Shown: one piece after another, positions 31,663-32,000 of the stretch
Position numbering within the stretch: position 1 is the first letter of the stretch
How the letters are laid out: each line of letters begins with the position of its first letter
Assembly: GCF_000039765.1 (NCBI RefSeq)
Contig: NC_004459.3
Location: 930,001 to 962,000, forward strand
Source of the DNA: Vibrio vulnificus CMCP6
GTDB lineage: Bacteria; Pseudomonadota; Gammaproteobacteria; Enterobacterales; Vibrionaceae
Direction of reading: 5' to 3'
Length of the DNA stretch: 32,000 nt
The notes under the pieces: model-generated
Seen by the model: the letters and a program-made list of their open reading frames with translations, nothing else
What the model was told of the DNA's origin: nothing
Databases searched by the model: none
Program-made: the position numbers and the translations under genes

Positions 31663-32000
31663 ATGAACATCGAAAAACTCTCCCGCCTCGACCTTAATCT
31701 CCTAGTCTGCTTGAAAGTGCTGTTCGAGGAACTCAATGTGACTCGCACTGCGCATCGACTTTGTTTAAGTCAATCAGCGGTGAGTAAAGCGCTGGCAAAA
31801 CTGCGCCAACAGTTCGATGATCCCTTATTCGTTCGACATTCACACGGGCTTACTCCGACAGCGCGAGCGCTGTTTCTCAAACCGAAACTGGATCTGTTGA
31901 TCAATCAGTTAGAGCATCTTACTTTGCCGGAAGAGTTTCACCCTGAAAGCAGCGAATACCGCTTTCGTATTGCCGCAGTGGAAAGTGTGTATCCCCTGAT
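31663..32000 (+). CDS. LysR-family transcriptional regulator (N-terminal part; truncated by the window end)
   Basis: The reading frame is open from the ATG at 31663 to the window end. It encodes MNIEKLSRLDLNLLVCLKVLFEELNVTRTAHRLCLSQSAVSKALAKLRQQFDDPLFVR, the typical LysR winged-HTH. It is divergent from the MFS gene. Confidence 0.85.
   Translation, partial: MNIEKLSRLDLNLLVCLKVLFEELNVTRTAHRLCLSQSAVSKALAKLRQQFDDPLFVRHSHGLTPTARALFLKPKLDLLINQLEHLTLPEEFHPESSEYRFRIAAVESVYPL

Noticed and set aside
9233-32000. Search for CRISPR arrays, IS elements, integrases, toxin-antitoxin pairs or defence islands.
   Set aside because: I found none. Apart from the rRNA operons and the short motifs listed, there are no repeat arrays. 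All large ORFs have housekeeping, transporter or regulator identities, apart from the DUF2282-DoxX operon.

Overview
The window is a Vibrio-type gammaproteobacterial chromosome segment; the species cannot be resolved without a database search. Bases 1-9600 hold two tandem rRNA operons on the minus strand. The promoter-proximal operon is 16S, tRNA-Ile, tRNA-Ala, 23S, 5S. The downstream operon is 16S, tRNA-Glu, tRNA-Lys, tRNA-Ala, tRNA-Val, 23S, and its 23S runs off the left edge. All ORF-track entries inside these operons are spurious. From 9.7 to 27.2 kb there is a conserved housekeeping neighbourhood: fre, a 2Fe-2S ferredoxin, ubiD, a secreted unknown protein, rho, trxA, rhlB, gppA, yhhQ, a small unknown protein, recQ, rarD, an AraC regulator, a LysE exporter and uvrD. 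Three non-coding elements here are invisible to ORF calling. They are a candidate preQ1-I riboswitch in front of yhhQ, a roughly 460-nt CsrB/RsmB-type GGA-rich sRNA with an upstream GacA/VarA box (24.35-24.95 kb), and a LexA box at uvrD. The most interesting locus is 27470-29947, a compact four-gene operon. It encodes a Sec-exported Cys-rich DUF2282 peptide, a DUF692 (MNIO, MbnB-like) enzyme, a DUF2063 partner and a DoxX membrane protein. This is a bufferin/gig-type RiPP metallophore cluster with no adjacent regulator, protease or exporter. The window ends with a small H-NS-oligomerisation-domain-like protein, a Bcr/CflA-type MFS transporter and a divergent partial LysR regulator. I saw no CRISPR array, IS element, integrase or prophage gene.
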